The translations under genes were made by a program, and so were the position numbers. This document shows positions 30,895-41,247 of a stretch of 64,000 nucleotides of DNA, in pieces (position 1 is the first letter of the stretch; every line of letters starts with the position of its first letter). Below the pieces are notes generated by a model. That model had not been told where the DNA came from. It ran no database searches and worked only from the letters and a program-made list of their open reading frames with translations. The DNA is from Candidatus Enterousia sp. GTDB taxonomy: Bacteria > Pseudomonadota > Alphaproteobacteria > Rs-D84. Where the stretch lies: contig JAZRLA010000002.1 of assembly GCA_045646605.1 (NCBI GenBank), forward strand, positions 15,940 through 79,939. The letters are read 5' to 3'.

Positions 30895-32176
30895 AAATTT
30901 ATGTGTAAAACGGCAAATCGGTGATGTCGCGGGTGCAACCACGCGTGGCCACAAAATGGCGATCAGGGGCGGATATATCTATCAAACTTTTCAGGGCGGA
31001 TACACACTGACCCCGACGGGTTGGCGCGTTGTTCATAAAATTGAAAATATTATTCGCGACGAAATGGATAAAATTGATGGCCAGGAAATTTTAATGCCGG
31101 TCGTATGCACCGCGGATTTGTGGCGTGAAACCGGTCGTTACGATGCGATGGCGGTCCTTGCAAAGTTCAAAGGTTCGTCCGGCGCGGACTATGTAATATG
31201 TCCCACGCATGAGGAAGTTGTAACGGACTATGCGCGTTCGGTAATTGGTTCGTATCGTCAGTTGCCGTTTATGCTGTATCAAATTCAAACAAAGTTCCGT
31301 GATGAATTGCGCGTGCGTGCGGGTTTAATTCGAACACGCGAATTTATCATGAAGGACGGTTATTCTTTCCATGAAACCCAAGAAGACCTGGAACGGTATT
31401 ATAAACTTTGCTTTGATGCGTATTATCGCATATTCCGGCGCTGTGGATTAAAGAATATCGTCGATGTTATGTCATCCACGGGCGATATGGGCGGCGCGGT
31501 CGCGCATGAATTCCAACTGGTCAACGAAATGGGCGAAGATACACTTTATATCTGTGATTGTGGTTTTCGCGCGAACAAGGAACTGGAAGACCACCAGGGC
31601 GGGGGCGAAAACGCCGTTTGCCCAAAGTGTGGTAAACCAATGCAAAAGGTTCGCGGCATTGAAATCGGAAACATTTTCCAACTTGGGAAAAAATATACCG
31701 ATTCAATGCACATGACATATACTGCGGCGGACGGCACGGAAAAAACGCCAATCATGGGTTGTTATGGCATCGGTGTTGGGCGCACTATGGCGGCAATTTT
31801 GGAAGAAAGCGCGGACGACAACGGTCCGATTTGGAACATGGAAACCGCACCTTTCGCGGTACAGGTTATCGGCCTTGTGGACAAAGAAAACAAAACTTTG
31901 CCGATGGCGGAAAAAATCTATAACGAATTAAAAAATGCGGGTGTCGATGTTTTGTTGGATTCGCGTGATATTCGCGCCGGCGAAAAGTTTGCGGATGCGG
32001 ATTTAATCGCGGCGCCAATTCGCTTGATTGTGTCGGAAAAAAATCTTTCGCGTAATGTGATTGAGGTTAAGTACCGCGTGAACGATTTTGATATATCAAA
32101 ATTGTCAACGGAATTCAAAATCGAAACTTGTGTTGCGGACACTTTGACCACAATACAAAAGTTGCTACATAAATAA
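30884..32176 (+). CDS. proS: Prolyl-tRNA synthetase, short form without an editing insertion
   Basis: Class II motifs; the N-terminus aligns to the ProRS start (…RGGYIYQ…TPTGWRVVHKIENIIRDEM); 430 aa. Overlaps the olsA stop by 11 nt. Confidence 0.85.
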   Translation: MRIENLCVKRQIGDVAGATTRGHKMAIRGGYIYQTFQGGYTLTPTGWRVVHKIENIIRDEMDKIDGQEILMPVVCTADLWRETGRYDAMAVLAKFKGSSGADYVICPTHEEVVTDYARSVIGSYRQLPFMLYQIQTKFRDELRVRAGLIRTREFIMKDGYSFHETQEDLERYYKLCFDAYYRIFRRCGLKNIVDVMSSTGDMGGAVAHEFQLVNEMGEDTLYICDCGFRANKELEDHQGGGENAVCPKCGKPMQKVRGIEIGNIFQLGKKYTDSMHMTYTAADGTEKTPIMGCYGIGVGRTMAAILEESADDNGPIWNMETAPFAVQVIGLVDKENKTLPMAEKIYNELKNAGVDVLLDSRDIRAGEKFADADLIAAPIRLIVSEKNLSRNVIEVKYRVNDFDISKLSTEFKIETCVADTLTTIQKLLHK

Positions 32177-32193
32177 AAAACAAAAATCAAAAC

Positions 32194-32209
32194 GGGCGCG
32201 GACGCGCCC
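32194..32209. terminator. Bidirectional hairpin terminator GGGCGCG-GAC-GCGCCC
   Basis: Sits between convergent proS (+) and 32252..32746 (-), with an A-run upstream and T-rich downstream. The same hairpin recurs at 22161-22176. Confidence 0.5.
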
Positions 32210-32251
32210 ACTTTGGTTGTATGGATTTATAATATTTTTATCACAATATCA

Positions 32252-32746
32252 TCATTTAACTTCATTCAATATCAAGTAGAAATCTGCGATATGTTCTGGG
32301 CTCATACCATTTAGTAAACTAACCGATGCGACAGAACCGAACGGGGCATAAAAATTGTTATCGAAGTTATAGTATTTACGGATACTATCGTTTATCTTAT
32401 TTTCCAGTGCGGACATTTGCATATGAATCATCATATTCCAAACTTTTTCTTGGATTTCATCATATTTGTAATCATCAAACCTGTAATTGTCCCAAAAATA
32501 ATTCAATATCTGTTCTGCTTGCGATGCTTCTAATTCTTTTATGCTTTCTGGAAAATTGTAACGCGGATGCGAATTACGGTATATATCCAGCTTTTCTTGA
32601 TTTACACCATACGCATTTATTCGTGCGGTATTATTGTCGGTTTGTGTGTTTTCATATTCAAGTATTTTATTAACAAAATCACTACGCCTATCGGCAACAG
32701 CAACCATTGGGACCAGCAATAATAATACAAACACTAACTTTTTCAT
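32252..32746 (-). CDS. Secreted hypothetical protein (possible periplasmic partner or immunity protein for the upstream GH108 protein)
   Basis: Signal peptide MKKLVFVLLLLVPMVAVA. AT-rich codon usage. Start overlaps the stop of the 32779..33636 gene by 4 nt. No known domain. Confidence 0.55.
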   Translation of the reverse strand: MKKLVFVLLLLVPMVAVADRRSDFVNKILEYENTQTDNNTARINAYGVNQEKLDIYRNSHPRYNFPESIKELEASQAEQILNYFWDNYRFDDYKYDEIQEKVWNMMIHMQMSALENKINDSIRKYYNFDNNFYAPFGSVASVSLLNGMSPEHIADFYLILNEVK

Positions 32747-32778
32747 ACACTTATTATTGCAGGATATATACAAGAAAA

Positions 32779-33636
32779 TCAATATCTATTTGTACGATTT
32801 GTCCATCCGTTGCCATATTTATCCCATCCGGGTAAATCCTTTAAGTATTCTATTCTGTTATCTTTTAAATCTTGCATAAAATCATCGATTTTATCGGTTG
32901 GAATACTGTTTAGTGCATCTATGGTTTTATCACCAATTTTCCCATCAACTTTTAAATTTTCGCCCATTGAATCATTTAGTATTTCTTGGACAAGTTTACC
33001 AACGTTTCTGAAATTACTCATAACACCCATATCAAATATAGCATTTGCAATACGGTCATCTTCTATATCACTAATACGACGGTCATCGTAGAAATTTTCC
33101 CCGTATATTTGTCTTGCCTGATTATTTGTTAAATCTTTTACCGCGTCCGGAAAGTTAAAGTCAGGGTGTTCCGTGTTATATTTATTTAGTGTCGGTTGGG
33201 TTATGCCAGAATTTGTGGGTTGGTCTATCTTATTTGGGTTATCAACATATCCGCCTTCTTCCGCCATAGTTTTACGAATTATATTTTGCTTTCGTTTATC
33301 AACGATCGGGTCATCATTATCATCCAGTTCTAGTTCTTCTATCCAACAACGGCAATTTAGATGATGTGGATGTTCCGGGATATCTTCTTCAGTTTCATAA
33401 ATAGTGCCGGAAAAACTTAGGCAATCATCACAAGTTTTTTCATCTTTTTCTGTATGCCAACACCACGCTCTTCTTATTGTTATACTGCGTCCGGTTGCAT
33501 CAATCGTGCTGTTGCCATATTTATTTTCGAAATAATTTTGAACTCGTCTTGTAACATTTTGGTGTTCTGGATTGCTAGAATTTGCATACGCATCACTTTG
33601 CATAAGGTTTAATATATTTTCTGGTATTTTGTTCAT
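32779..33636 (-). CDS. Mu F-like N-terminal segment fused to GH108 lysozyme and a PG_binding_3 peptidoglycan-binding domain
   Basis: N-terminus …TCDDCLSFSGTIYETEEDIPEHPHHLNCRCWIE… (HPxxNCRC signature of the Phage_Mu_F/SPP1 gp7 family). Middle …EEGGYVDNPNKIDQPTNSGIT…LTNNQARQIYGENFY… (GH108). C-terminus …DGKIGDKTIDAL…GWDKYGNGWTNR (PG_binding_3). Confidence 0.7.
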   Translation of the reverse strand: MNKIPENILNLMQSDAYANSSNPEHQNVTRRVQNYFENKYGNSTIDATGRSITIRRAWCWHTEKDEKTCDDCLSFSGTIYETEEDIPEHPHHLNCRCWIEELELDDNDDPIVDKRKQNIIRKTMAEEGGYVDNPNKIDQPTNSGITQPTLNKYNTEHPDFNFPDAVKDLTNNQARQIYGENFYDDRRISDIEDDRIANAIFDMGVMSNFRNVGKLVQEILNDSMGENLKVDGKIGDKTIDALNSIPTDKIDDFMQDLKDNRIEYLKDLPGWDKYGNGWTNRTNRY

Positions 33637-33779
33637 AATTTATCCTTTTGTTAAATAAAAAATCCGCTAAAAAGCGGACAAAAAAATGACACAAATGTGT
33701 CTTAAAACCAAGAGACATTTTATCATAAAAAACCAAAAAAATCAAGATGATATGTTATATCTCCCACGCCCGTTTTATA

Positions 33780-34349
33780 TCAATCTTTAAACAATATATC
33801 CATTATCGTATCAAATCTTTCTTTCAATTCTTTTTGCGATTCGGGACTTAGTTTTCGATAATCGCGCGCCAATTTGTTTTTAACAAATCCTTTTCCTTCC
33901 GGTATCGACAAATTCATTTTGTTATACGCCAAACTAAACAAAGATGGGATGTTATCAAAATGTGCAATAGCATCCGCATCGGCAAGAATTTGTTCTTCCG
34001 CCGTGTTGCGTGCGTCACTTTTACTGCCCCGATGGTGTAAAACGCATTTTTCAACCAAATCAATTTTTTCGGCCGGATATCCAAGTTCGGATAGTATCGA
34101 ACGTGTCATTTTCGCACCGTATATTTCATGTTCTTCGCGTGGACCAAATTCCGCGGCCATTGCCATATCGTGGAACAGTGCCCCCAGTTCGCAAACTTCA
34201 ACATCCGCACCGCGTTTAACCGCCAAATCATGCGCGTTTTGAAAGACATATTTTATATGCTCGTTCCAAAAATCATATCCGTCTTTTTCAAAAGATTTCT
34301 GGGTATATTCCAATAATTTGGCTTTTACGATTTCAACAATGTTTTGCAT
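33780..34349 (-). CDS. HD-domain phosphohydrolase
   Basis: H…HD motif (…ALFHDMA…), later His/Asp residues (…HH…DADAIAH…); 189 aa. Confidence 0.65.
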   Translation of the reverse strand: MQNIVEIVKAKLLEYTQKSFEKDGYDFWNEHIKYVFQNAHDLAVKRGADVEVCELGALFHDMAMAAEFGPREEHEIYGAKMTRSILSELGYPAEKIDLVEKCVLHHRGSKSDARNTAEEQILADADAIAHFDNIPSLFSLAYNKMNLSIPEGKGFVKNKLARDYRKLSPESQKELKERFDTIMDILFKD

Positions 34350-34351
34350 GA

Positions 34352-35104
34352 TTAATATTTCCTTTGATTTCCAAAAACAGGCATAGATACATTTTTTACA
34401 ATGTTTATAAAATTAGTTGTGGTATATTCAATCCCTGGATCGATTTGTTTGTTCTGACCTTTATTAAAAATATACCAAGGTCTTGTTCCAACAATTTTTA
34501 CTACCTTGCCATCGGTATATAAACTATCTTCTTCTGGTAATGCAATTACCGGCTCATGCATGGAATATTGTGTTAAATATTCTGTGGCTTTTTTGTGATG
34601 TTCCGCGTCTTGATTTGTGTAATGTGCGGTAAGTGAAAAACCAAATAATGAATTAAAACCGCGTGTATCTTTTAATTCAACATTGTTTGTATCCATATAG
34701 CTAATTGCTTCAATATCTTTGCCGAATATTGCCGCCCCAGCACTTCCACCATAAACCAACCCGCCGTTAGCTGTATATTCTTTTATTCGTTCAAACGCAC
34801 CACTGTCTTTTAACAGTTTTAATAGTTTATAAGTGTTTCCACCACCAATAAATATAGAAGAATAATTTGATAAATTTTTTTCTGAAATTTCGTCGGCGGA
34901 TTGTATAACTTCGATTTCGCCATGTTTAATATTTTTAAATTCACGAACCAAAAATTTTTTACAATTTTCATAGCCGGCATCATAATGATTCCAAGCCAAA
35001 GGAATGTATAAAATTGGTTTTTGCGAATCAATCAAACTTTCGAACAATTTATTTGTTATAGTGGTTTTATCTGCGCTGCCACCACCACCCAGTATAATAG
35101 CCAT
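34352..35104 (-). CDS. Peptidase S51 family (dipeptidase E / cyanophycinase-like)
   Basis: …ILGGGGS… N-terminus, GGGNTYKLL and the nucleophile elbow GGSAGAAIFG. Start taken at MAIILGGGG; the ORF-track extension overlaps parC. Confidence 0.7.
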   Translation of the reverse strand: MAIILGGGGSADKTTITNKLFESLIDSQKPILYIPLAWNHYDAGYENCKKFLVREFKNIKHGEIEVIQSADEISEKNLSNYSSIFIGGGNTYKLLKLLKDSGAFERIKEYTANGGLVYGGSAGAAIFGKDIEAISYMDTNNVELKDTRGFNSLFGFSLTAHYTNQDAEHHKKATEYLTQYSMHEPVIALPEEDSLYTDGKVVKIVGTRPWYIFNKGQNKQIDPGIEYTTTNFINIVKNVSMPVFGNQRKY

Positions 35105-35133
35105 AATTACACCCTTTTTAGAATTGTAAAAAA

Positions 35134-37404
35134 TTATTTTCCAAACTTCCCGCTTCGTGGAAAACCGACGGGGATTGTGCGGCCCTGGGTTGCGCGCCGG
35201 CCGACCCACGGCGTCCAATCGTCAAGTTTCGTTGTTCCGCGCCCAGTTGTCCAACCGAACCCGTCCGCCGCGTTAAAGAACATCACGTCCAAAACATACG
35301 TCCGTTCGGCATTGTATTTCTGTAAAATCACACCCTTGCCACGAACCATTTCCGGGATTTCGGTTGCCGGAAAAATCAAAATCTTGTCATTTGAACCGGA
35401 CATCGCAACCGTGTCACCCGTGACCCGAACACAGAACGTTGCGGGATTCGCATCATCGACATTCATAACCTGTTTCCCAGTGCGCGTTTGCGCCAAACAG
35501 TTTTCACCCGCAACAATAAATCCGTTTCCATGCCGCGACACCAACAAATATTTCGCGGACATATCCAAAACGAATGCGTTCACAATTGCTTCTTCGGCGC
35601 CGATATCAACCATCATACGCACCGATTCACCAAACCCGCGCGCCGACGGCAAATCATTTGCGGCCAACGTGAACATGCGCCCTGACGCACCAAACAGGTT
35701 TATTTTATCGGTGGACATCGCGTGAAATGCAAATTGCAATTCATCGCCCTCTTTGAATTTCAAATCAAGTGCATTCAAATCCATATGCCCCTTGGCCGCG
35801 CGAATCCAACCCATTGTGGACAAGATTATGGTCAACGGTTCTTTTTCGATAAATTCTTCGGCATTTACGGTGATTTCTTCGGTCTGTGCCGCCCAAGTTG
35901 TGCGCCGCCGCCCAAGTGCGGTCTTTTTATCATATTGCTTTTTAATATCCGCGAACCAGGCCTTTATCTGATTGTTCTGAATTTCTTCATCTTGCAACAA
36001 CGCAACCAATTGTTCGCGTTCCGCACGCAGGTTTTTATCTTCGCGCCGAATTTCCATTTCTTCCAATTTACGCAACGCGCGCAGGCGGGTGTTCAAAATC
36101 GCCTCTACCTGAACCTCGGTCAATTTAAATTCCGCCATAAGCACGGCCTTTGGATCATCTTCGGTCCGGATAATTTCAATCACGCGGTCAAGGTTCAGAT
36201 ATACAATCAGCAATCCGCCCAAAATTTCAAGCCGTTTATCGATGTTGGTCAACCGCCACCGCGACCGCCGGCAAAGAACATTTTTCTGATGCCGAATAAA
36301 TTCGGTCAGCACATCGCGAATCCCCATCACACGTGGCGCGCCGTTTGAATCGATAACATTAAAGTTCATATTAAACCGATATTCCAAATCGGTCAGGGCG
36401 AACAAATGCGCCATCATTTTATCCGCGGGCACATTGCGACTTTTTGGTGTAATGACAATGCGAACATCGGTCGTCGATTCATCGACGATATCATCAACCA
36501 GTGGCAATTTCTTTGCGTCAATCATTTCGCCGATTTGCTCAACCAACTTTGATTTAATAATGCCGTACGGGATTTCGGTAATTACAACCTGGTATCCACC
36601 GCGGTCAAGTTCTTCGATTTCATAGCGCGCGCGAATACGGAATGCACCCTTGCCGGTTTCATAGTTTTTAACAATCGTGTCGAAATCGTCAACAAGGATG
36701 CCACCGGTTGGAAAATCCGGCCCAATCATCTTTTTCATAATTTGCGCGGTTGTGGATTCCGGTTTATCAACCATAAGGGTCAGAGCATCGCAAACCTCCG
36801 CCACATTATGCGTCGGGATATTCGTCGCCATACCGACCGCAATACCCATGCCACCGTTCGCAAGCAAATTTGGAAACGCACCCGGCATAACCACCGGTTC
36901 AACCGTTGTGCCGTCAAAGTTCGGCATCATATCGACACTGTCTTCGTCAATGCCGTCCATAATCAGCATTGCCGCCTCGGTCATCTTGGATTCAGTATAA
37001 CGATATGCCGCCTGGGGGTCGCCGTCGATATTTCCAAAATTCCCTTGGCCATCAATCAGCGGATAACGCACGGAAAAATCCTGCGCAAGTCGCACCATCG
37101 CGTCATAGACCGACGAATCGCCGTGCGGGTGATAGTGCCCAAGCACATCACCAACAACGGTCGCACATTTGCGAAACGCCGCGGCGGGCGATAATTTTTG
37201 CCGCAACATAGAATACAAAATGCGCCGATGCACGGGCTTTAAACCATCGCGCACATCGGGCAGGGCGCGCGACACAATCGTGCTGACCGCGTACGACAAA
37301 TACCGCGTGGACAGCGCGTCCGCCAATTGTTGTGAATCAATTCTTTCGATTATTTCTTTACTCATAACGACATGAAACATAGAACATTTAGAAAAAAATA
37401 ACAA
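35134..37404 (-). CDS. parC: DNA topoisomerase IV subunit A
   Basis: GyrA/ParC N-terminal domain with the catalytic Tyr context (…[10 protein letters not shown]…) and …HPHGDSS… 743-756 aa without a GyrA box. The true start is probably an internal Met (MFHVVM/MSKEII, 37365-37380). Confidence 0.85.
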   Translation of the reverse strand: MLFFSKCSMFHVVMSKEIIERIDSQQLADALSTRYLSYAVSTIVSRALPDVRDGLKPVHRRILYSMLRQKLSPAAAFRKCATVVGDVLGHYHPHGDSSVYDAMVRLAQDFSVRYPLIDGQGNFGNIDGDPQAAYRYTESKMTEAAMLIMDGIDEDSVDMMPNFDGTTVEPVVMPGAFPNLLANGGMGIAVGMATNIPTHNVAEVCDALTLMVDKPESTTAQIMKKMIGPDFPTGGILVDDFDTIVKNYETGKGAFRIRARYEIEELDRGGYQVVITEIPYGIIKSKLVEQIGEMIDAKKLPLVDDIVDESTTDVRIVITPKSRNVPADKMMAHLFALTDLEYRFNMNFNVIDSNGAPRVMGIRDVLTEFIRHQKNVLCRRSRWRLTNIDKRLEILGGLLIVYLNLDRVIEIIRTEDDPKAVLMAEFKLTEVQVEAILNTRLRALRKLEEMEIRREDKNLRAEREQLVALLQDEEIQNNQIKAWFADIKKQYDKKTALGRRRTTWAAQTEEITVNAEEFIEKEPLTIILSTMGWIRAAKGHMDLNALDLKFKEGDELQFAFHAMSTDKINLFGASGRMFTLAANDLPSARGFGESVRMMVDIGAEEAIVNAFVLDMSAKYLLVSRHGNGFIVAGENCLAQTRTGKQVMNVDDANPATFCVRVTGDTVAMSGSNDKILIFPATEIPEMVRGKGVILQKYNAERTYVLDVMFFNAADGFGWTTGRGTTKLDDWTPWVGRRATQGRTIPVGFPRSGKFGK

Positions 37405-37419
37405 CCAAAAAAACGCGAA

Positions 37420-37698
37420 TTATTCGGCAATTTTATTTTTTATTTCGCGGATTCGGGCCAAAATTTCCCGCAAATCGGCATCAGTTACACTTGGTGCGGG
37501 GCGATTGCGGATTTCGTCGGCCAAAACGATGCACACGGTGGCAAGTAACGAACTTTCCGGCAACGGTCCGATTTTATCCAAAATTTGCCGCGCACGCGCA
37601 TCCACCATTTGCCCCAGTTCCACAAGACGACCTTCCTGGCCATCTTCACAGCCCATGGGATAATTTTTATTCACAATTGGGATTGAAACAACACTCAT
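37420..37698 (-). CDS. zapA: Cell division protein ZapA
   Basis: 92 aa; ZapA-like pattern (…RLVELGQMVDARARQILDK…SSLLATVCIVLADEI…). Confidence 0.65.
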   Translation of the reverse strand: MSVVSIPIVNKNYPMGCEDGQEGRLVELGQMVDARARQILDKIGPLPESSLLATVCIVLADEIRNRPAPSVTDADLREILARIREIKNKIAE

Positions 37699-37904
37699 TT
37701 CAACCCCCCAAGAATTTCAATGGATTGGTCAATAAGTTCGGTTGCCCGCGCATTTTTTGCACGCAAGTTTCGCACTTGCTGGGTCAAAATTGCAACCTCA
37801 AGGTCGGTTTGTTTGTTCGCACTAATTGCCGTCGCCCGCAGGCGCGCGGTCGCTTCTTCAAGTTTTGATAGTTCCTGAAAAATCTGTTCCCTTATATCTG
37901 ACAT
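37695..37904 (-). CDS. Small coiled-coil protein upstream of zapA (ZapB-like)
   Basis: 69 aa, heptad-rich, translationally coupled (4-nt overlap) to zapA. Confidence 0.45.
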   Translation of the reverse strand: MSDIREQIFQELSKLEEATARLRATAISANKQTDLEVAILTQQVRNLRAKNARATELIDQSIEILGGLK

Positions 37905-37983
37905 GTTGTCATTTTAAGACATTTTTTATATGCGTTCAACCTTAAAATGTGATATAATCGTTTCGAAAGATTTAAAAAATGCG

Positions 37984-38784
37984 ATGGTGATGCAAATGAA
38001 AAAAAAGATAATTTATATTTCTGGGGCCGATTCTTTTGATGCGAACGAAGTGCACGCCGCTTTTGACGAAGTTCGTTCCACGCTTGGGCTTGACCCCGAT
38101 ACCATATTATTCGGTGTTCCGGTGGATGATTTGATTGCGGTAGAAAGTGTTTCAAAAACGACTGATTCGGTGGAAACCGCCACGCCGGAAATAATCAAAG
38201 AACCAACTATGCCAAAGGCTGAAAAATCGATAAAAGCCAAGAAAGAAAAACATGTAGATACGCCTGTGGTACCGATTTTGTCAGTGTTGGATTCCAAAAC
38301 CGATGAAAAACCCGTCATTGTCGAAGAAACAGCGGTCCAAGAAGAAATTACGGAAACAATTGCCAATCCGGGTATTGCCGATATTGAAGAAATGCTAAAA
38401 GACGAAGCGCCAATTGAAAATCATGAAAAAACACTTGAAGAATTATTGGAAACGATGACGCCTTTACGTGAAGATATACATGTAGATGAACCGGTTGTTG
38501 AAATGTCGGAACCGACCCCAAATGACGATTCTTTGGAAAAATCGGATGCAACACTTGAAAGTTTGGCCACAGAGTTTGCAGATATTCAAGATAAAATGCC
38601 GACATTCAAAAAAGGGTCAGAACGTGGCAAAATAAGTAAACTAAAAAATATATTGCCTTTCAAAAAGATGAAACGTGACGATACCGGAATTATGGGTGAT
38701 TTATTCGGTTGGGCGGGTGTCGCCGCGAATGACGAGGAATTTTCTATCCCGGGATTCTTTACGAATGTTGCATCGAAAAAATAA
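37984..38784 (+). CDS. Acidic hypothetical protein
   Basis: Glu/Asp/Thr/Pro-rich, no TM segments. Start ambiguous (ATG at 37984, 37990 or 37996). Confidence 0.5.
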   Translation: MVMQMKKKIIYISGADSFDANEVHAAFDEVRSTLGLDPDTILFGVPVDDLIAVESVSKTTDSVETATPEIIKEPTMPKAEKSIKAKKEKHVDTPVVPILSVLDSKTDEKPVIVEETAVQEEITETIANPGIADIEEMLKDEAPIENHEKTLEELLETMTPLREDIHVDEPVVEMSEPTPNDDSLEKSDATLESLATEFADIQDKMPTFKKGSERGKISKLKNILPFKKMKRDDTGIMGDLFGWAGVAANDEEFSIPGFFTNVASKK

Positions 38785-38790
38785 AAGCCA

Positions 38791-39960
38791 ATGAATAACA
38801 TTGATACAATCAGAACAATGTTGAAAAACGTGGGTCTGCACGTGCGTGGGGTTGATACAAATTTTATTTATATCGAAGACCCGGCATGTATATTGCGTGG
38901 CTTTGAAAATTTTTTGAACTATGCTTGGATGGTGTTGGGTTTGTTTACGGCCGGCCTTGTTATCGGATGGGGCATATCAATGATACGCGGTGCCAAAAAT
39001 GATATCAAAGAGAATTTCAAAACATTGGTTTTAATTTTTGGAATTCTGACCGCTGTGTGGCCAATTTTAAACGTTATTTATGGTGGCGACCTTTTGGGTA
39101 TGGGTTGTAAAACAACGCGAATTTCAATTAATGGTGTTAATGAAATATTGGCGGCCAAAGTGGCGGCCCGTGGCAGCAACGCAATGCTTTACGAAGATAT
39201 TGATATCTATGACTCAGGCAGTGGAATTTTACCAACATATGAGATGCCAGAATTAGACGACTTCCCAGATTTATCAGATTTGATGAATTGGACACCCGAT
39301 GAAACAGACGGTGGTTATAATATAACAAGTGAAATCAATCGTACGACCAATGCCGCTTCAAATTATACAAATGCACTTGGTGAATTTTCCAATCATACAA
39401 ATTCAAGAAATATAAACAGTAACCAATTTGGCAACGGGACTATCAATGGAAATGAATATAGAACAAATAGTGCCTCAAATTATACAAATATATCAATGAA
39501 CGGAAATACAGCAATTGCCGCGGTCAGTTCGAATGTCGGTGAAATTACATATACTGCACAAAACGGATCAAAGTATACACACCTTGGGGGAAGTTTAACA
39601 TGGCGTGCAAACAATCCGGGGGCGTTGCGGAATTCTGATTTTACGCGACGTATGGGTGCAATAGGTGTAACCACGAATGGATTCGCAATTTTTCCAACCC
39701 CAGAGGTTGGACGCAGGGCAAATGTTGCGTTGTTAAAAACCGATAAATATCAAAAGAAAACCTTGGCCGAAACAATACATGCCTATGCACCATCATCGGA
39801 TGGTAATAATCCCGCATCTTATGCGGCGCGCCTTGCACGGGCAATTGGTGTTTCGGTGAATACATACCTGCATGATATGTCTGATATACAAATAGAACGC
39901 ATGGTCGAAGGTATTCGCCGAATCGAAGGTTGGCGCGCGGGCGATGTTCGTAATCATTAG
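38791..39960 (+). CDS. Membrane protein with an Asn/Thr-rich linker and a conserved C-terminal domain of unknown function
   Basis: Two or three N-terminal TM helices. N/S/T-rich repeats (NYTN…). C-terminus …GGSLTWRANNPGALRNSDFTRRMGAIGVTTNGFAIFPTPEVGRRANVALL…. Confidence 0.55.
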   Translation: MNNIDTIRTMLKNVGLHVRGVDTNFIYIEDPACILRGFENFLNYAWMVLGLFTAGLVIGWGISMIRGAKNDIKENFKTLVLIFGILTAVWPILNVIYGGDLLGMGCKTTRISINGVNEILAAKVAARGSNAMLYEDIDIYDSGSGILPTYEMPELDDFPDLSDLMNWTPDETDGGYNITSEINRTTNAASNYTNALGEFSNHTNSRNINSNQFGNGTINGNEYRTNSASNYTNISMNGNTAIAAVSSNVGEITYTAQNGSKYTHLGGSLTWRANNPGALRNSDFTRRMGAIGVTTNGFAIFPTPEVGRRANVALLKTDKYQKKTLAETIHAYAPSSDGNNPASYAARLARAIGVSVNTYLHDMSDIQIERMVEGIRRIEGWRAGDVRNH

Positions 39961-39975
39961 AAAAAGGAACAAGAT

Positions 39976-40569
39976 ATGCAAAAAAATAATGGATGGATAA
40001 AAATAGTAATAATTATTGTATCGATTATGATCGGTATATTCATATTTTATAAACTTAATAAACCACGTACAGAAATTACATCAACCAATGAAGGGGAACA
40101 TGTTATTGAAACCGTCGAAGGCGCGGATTTTACAGATGGGTTGGAAAACCCCGTGTCGATGCATAATTTTCAACCAGATGAATTTGGTGAAGGTGTTGTT
40201 GAAGTCGCAACATTTTCATATGACATTGATGGCGATGGGCGACCCGATAGAATTTCACGCGCGCGCCGCGAAACCGGGACCGCACATTTTCAATATATAT
40301 ACAAGGTTGAATTAAACAACGGTGAAAAAATGTTAAATATAACACCAAAAGATTTGTTTACGGTCGAAGGTACGGAATGTGCACATCAAAAAATCCAATT
40401 TTCTTTTAAACCAGATTTTTCCATAACAAAGATTTCAAGGCCCATGGGCGAAGATTGGGATACACCAACACAATCAACCAAAACAATCTATACGTTGTGG
40501 AATAATAAATTACACATTGCAGAAACGTCCGAATATAAAACTGTATGTGATGTTGCGGAATTATTTTAA
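39976..40569 (+). CDS. Membrane-anchored hypothetical protein (197 aa)
   Basis: Single N-terminal TM segment, then a soluble domain; AGGAAC RBS. Confidence 0.5.
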   Translation: MQKNNGWIKIVIIIVSIMIGIFIFYKLNKPRTEITSTNEGEHVIETVEGADFTDGLENPVSMHNFQPDEFGEGVVEVATFSYDIDGDGRPDRISRARRETGTAHFQYIYKVELNNGEKMLNITPKDLFTVEGTECAHQKIQFSFKPDFSITKISRPMGEDWDTPTQSTKTIYTLWNNKLHIAETSEYKTVCDVAELF

Positions 40570-41247
40570 CCAACATTGTTCTTTCATGGAATATACAACC
40601 CCACCCGACACAACAAAGTGGTCATAAAGTTGTATGCGAACATTTAGCAACGCATTTTTTAATTGTTCGGTAATATCTATGTCTTCTTGTGAAAATCCCA
40701 AACCAGGAACCGGATGATTGTGAATAAGCGCAACAAACTTAGCATCCATGCTAAGGGCGTTTTTTACGATTTCTCTATCATATAAAACTGTGCAATCAAC
40801 TGTTCCGGTGCTGTGTTTTTCGTCTTTTAACAAATGTAAATTGTTATCCAGGTATAAAACATGCATTTCTTCGGTCGGTCGCCCACCAAGCATAAGTCGT
40901 ACATAATTATAAAATTGTTCCCTGTTGTGTAAAATTGGTTTTTCTTCGGCCTCTGACCTGTATCCATCGATGATTATTTGTTGCATCGCCTTGATAAAAA
41001 TTGCGGTGTTATGTCCAAGACCAGGGATTTTTTCAAGTTCTTCAATCGGTGCGCAAAGAATCGGAAATGTTCCACCAAATTTTTTATACAACATCCGCGC
41101 CAATGGCCGAACATCTTTGCGTGGAATAGCATAACTTAAAACCAATTCCATAATTTCATATTTTGCAAGTTCGCCATCCAAGAATTTTTGGCGCAATCTG
41201 TCGCGATGACCGGCACGCAAAGATATTTCCAACGATTTATCTTTCAT
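40561..41247 (-). CDS. radC: RadC-family JAB/MPN domain protein
   Basis: C-terminal JAMM-like motif …ALIHNHPVPGLGFSQEDIDIT… and an N-terminal helix-hairpin-helix-like region. Start at MKDKSLEI. Confidence 0.8.
   Translation of the reverse strand: MKDKSLEISLRAGHRDRLRQKFLDGELAKYEIMELVLSYAIPRKDVRPLARMLYKKFGGTFPILCAPIEELEKIPGLGHNTAIFIKAMQQIIIDGYRSEAEEKPILHNREQFYNYVRLMLGGRPTEEMHVLYLDNNLHLLKDEKHSTGTVDCTVLYDREIVKNALSMDAKFVALIHNHPVPGLGFSQEDIDITEQLKNALLNVRIQLYDHFVVSGGVVYSMKEQCWLK

Noticed and set aside
35021-35725. 234-aa plus-strand ORF
   Set aside because: Antisense to the parC 3' region and the pepE-like gene start; composition-driven.
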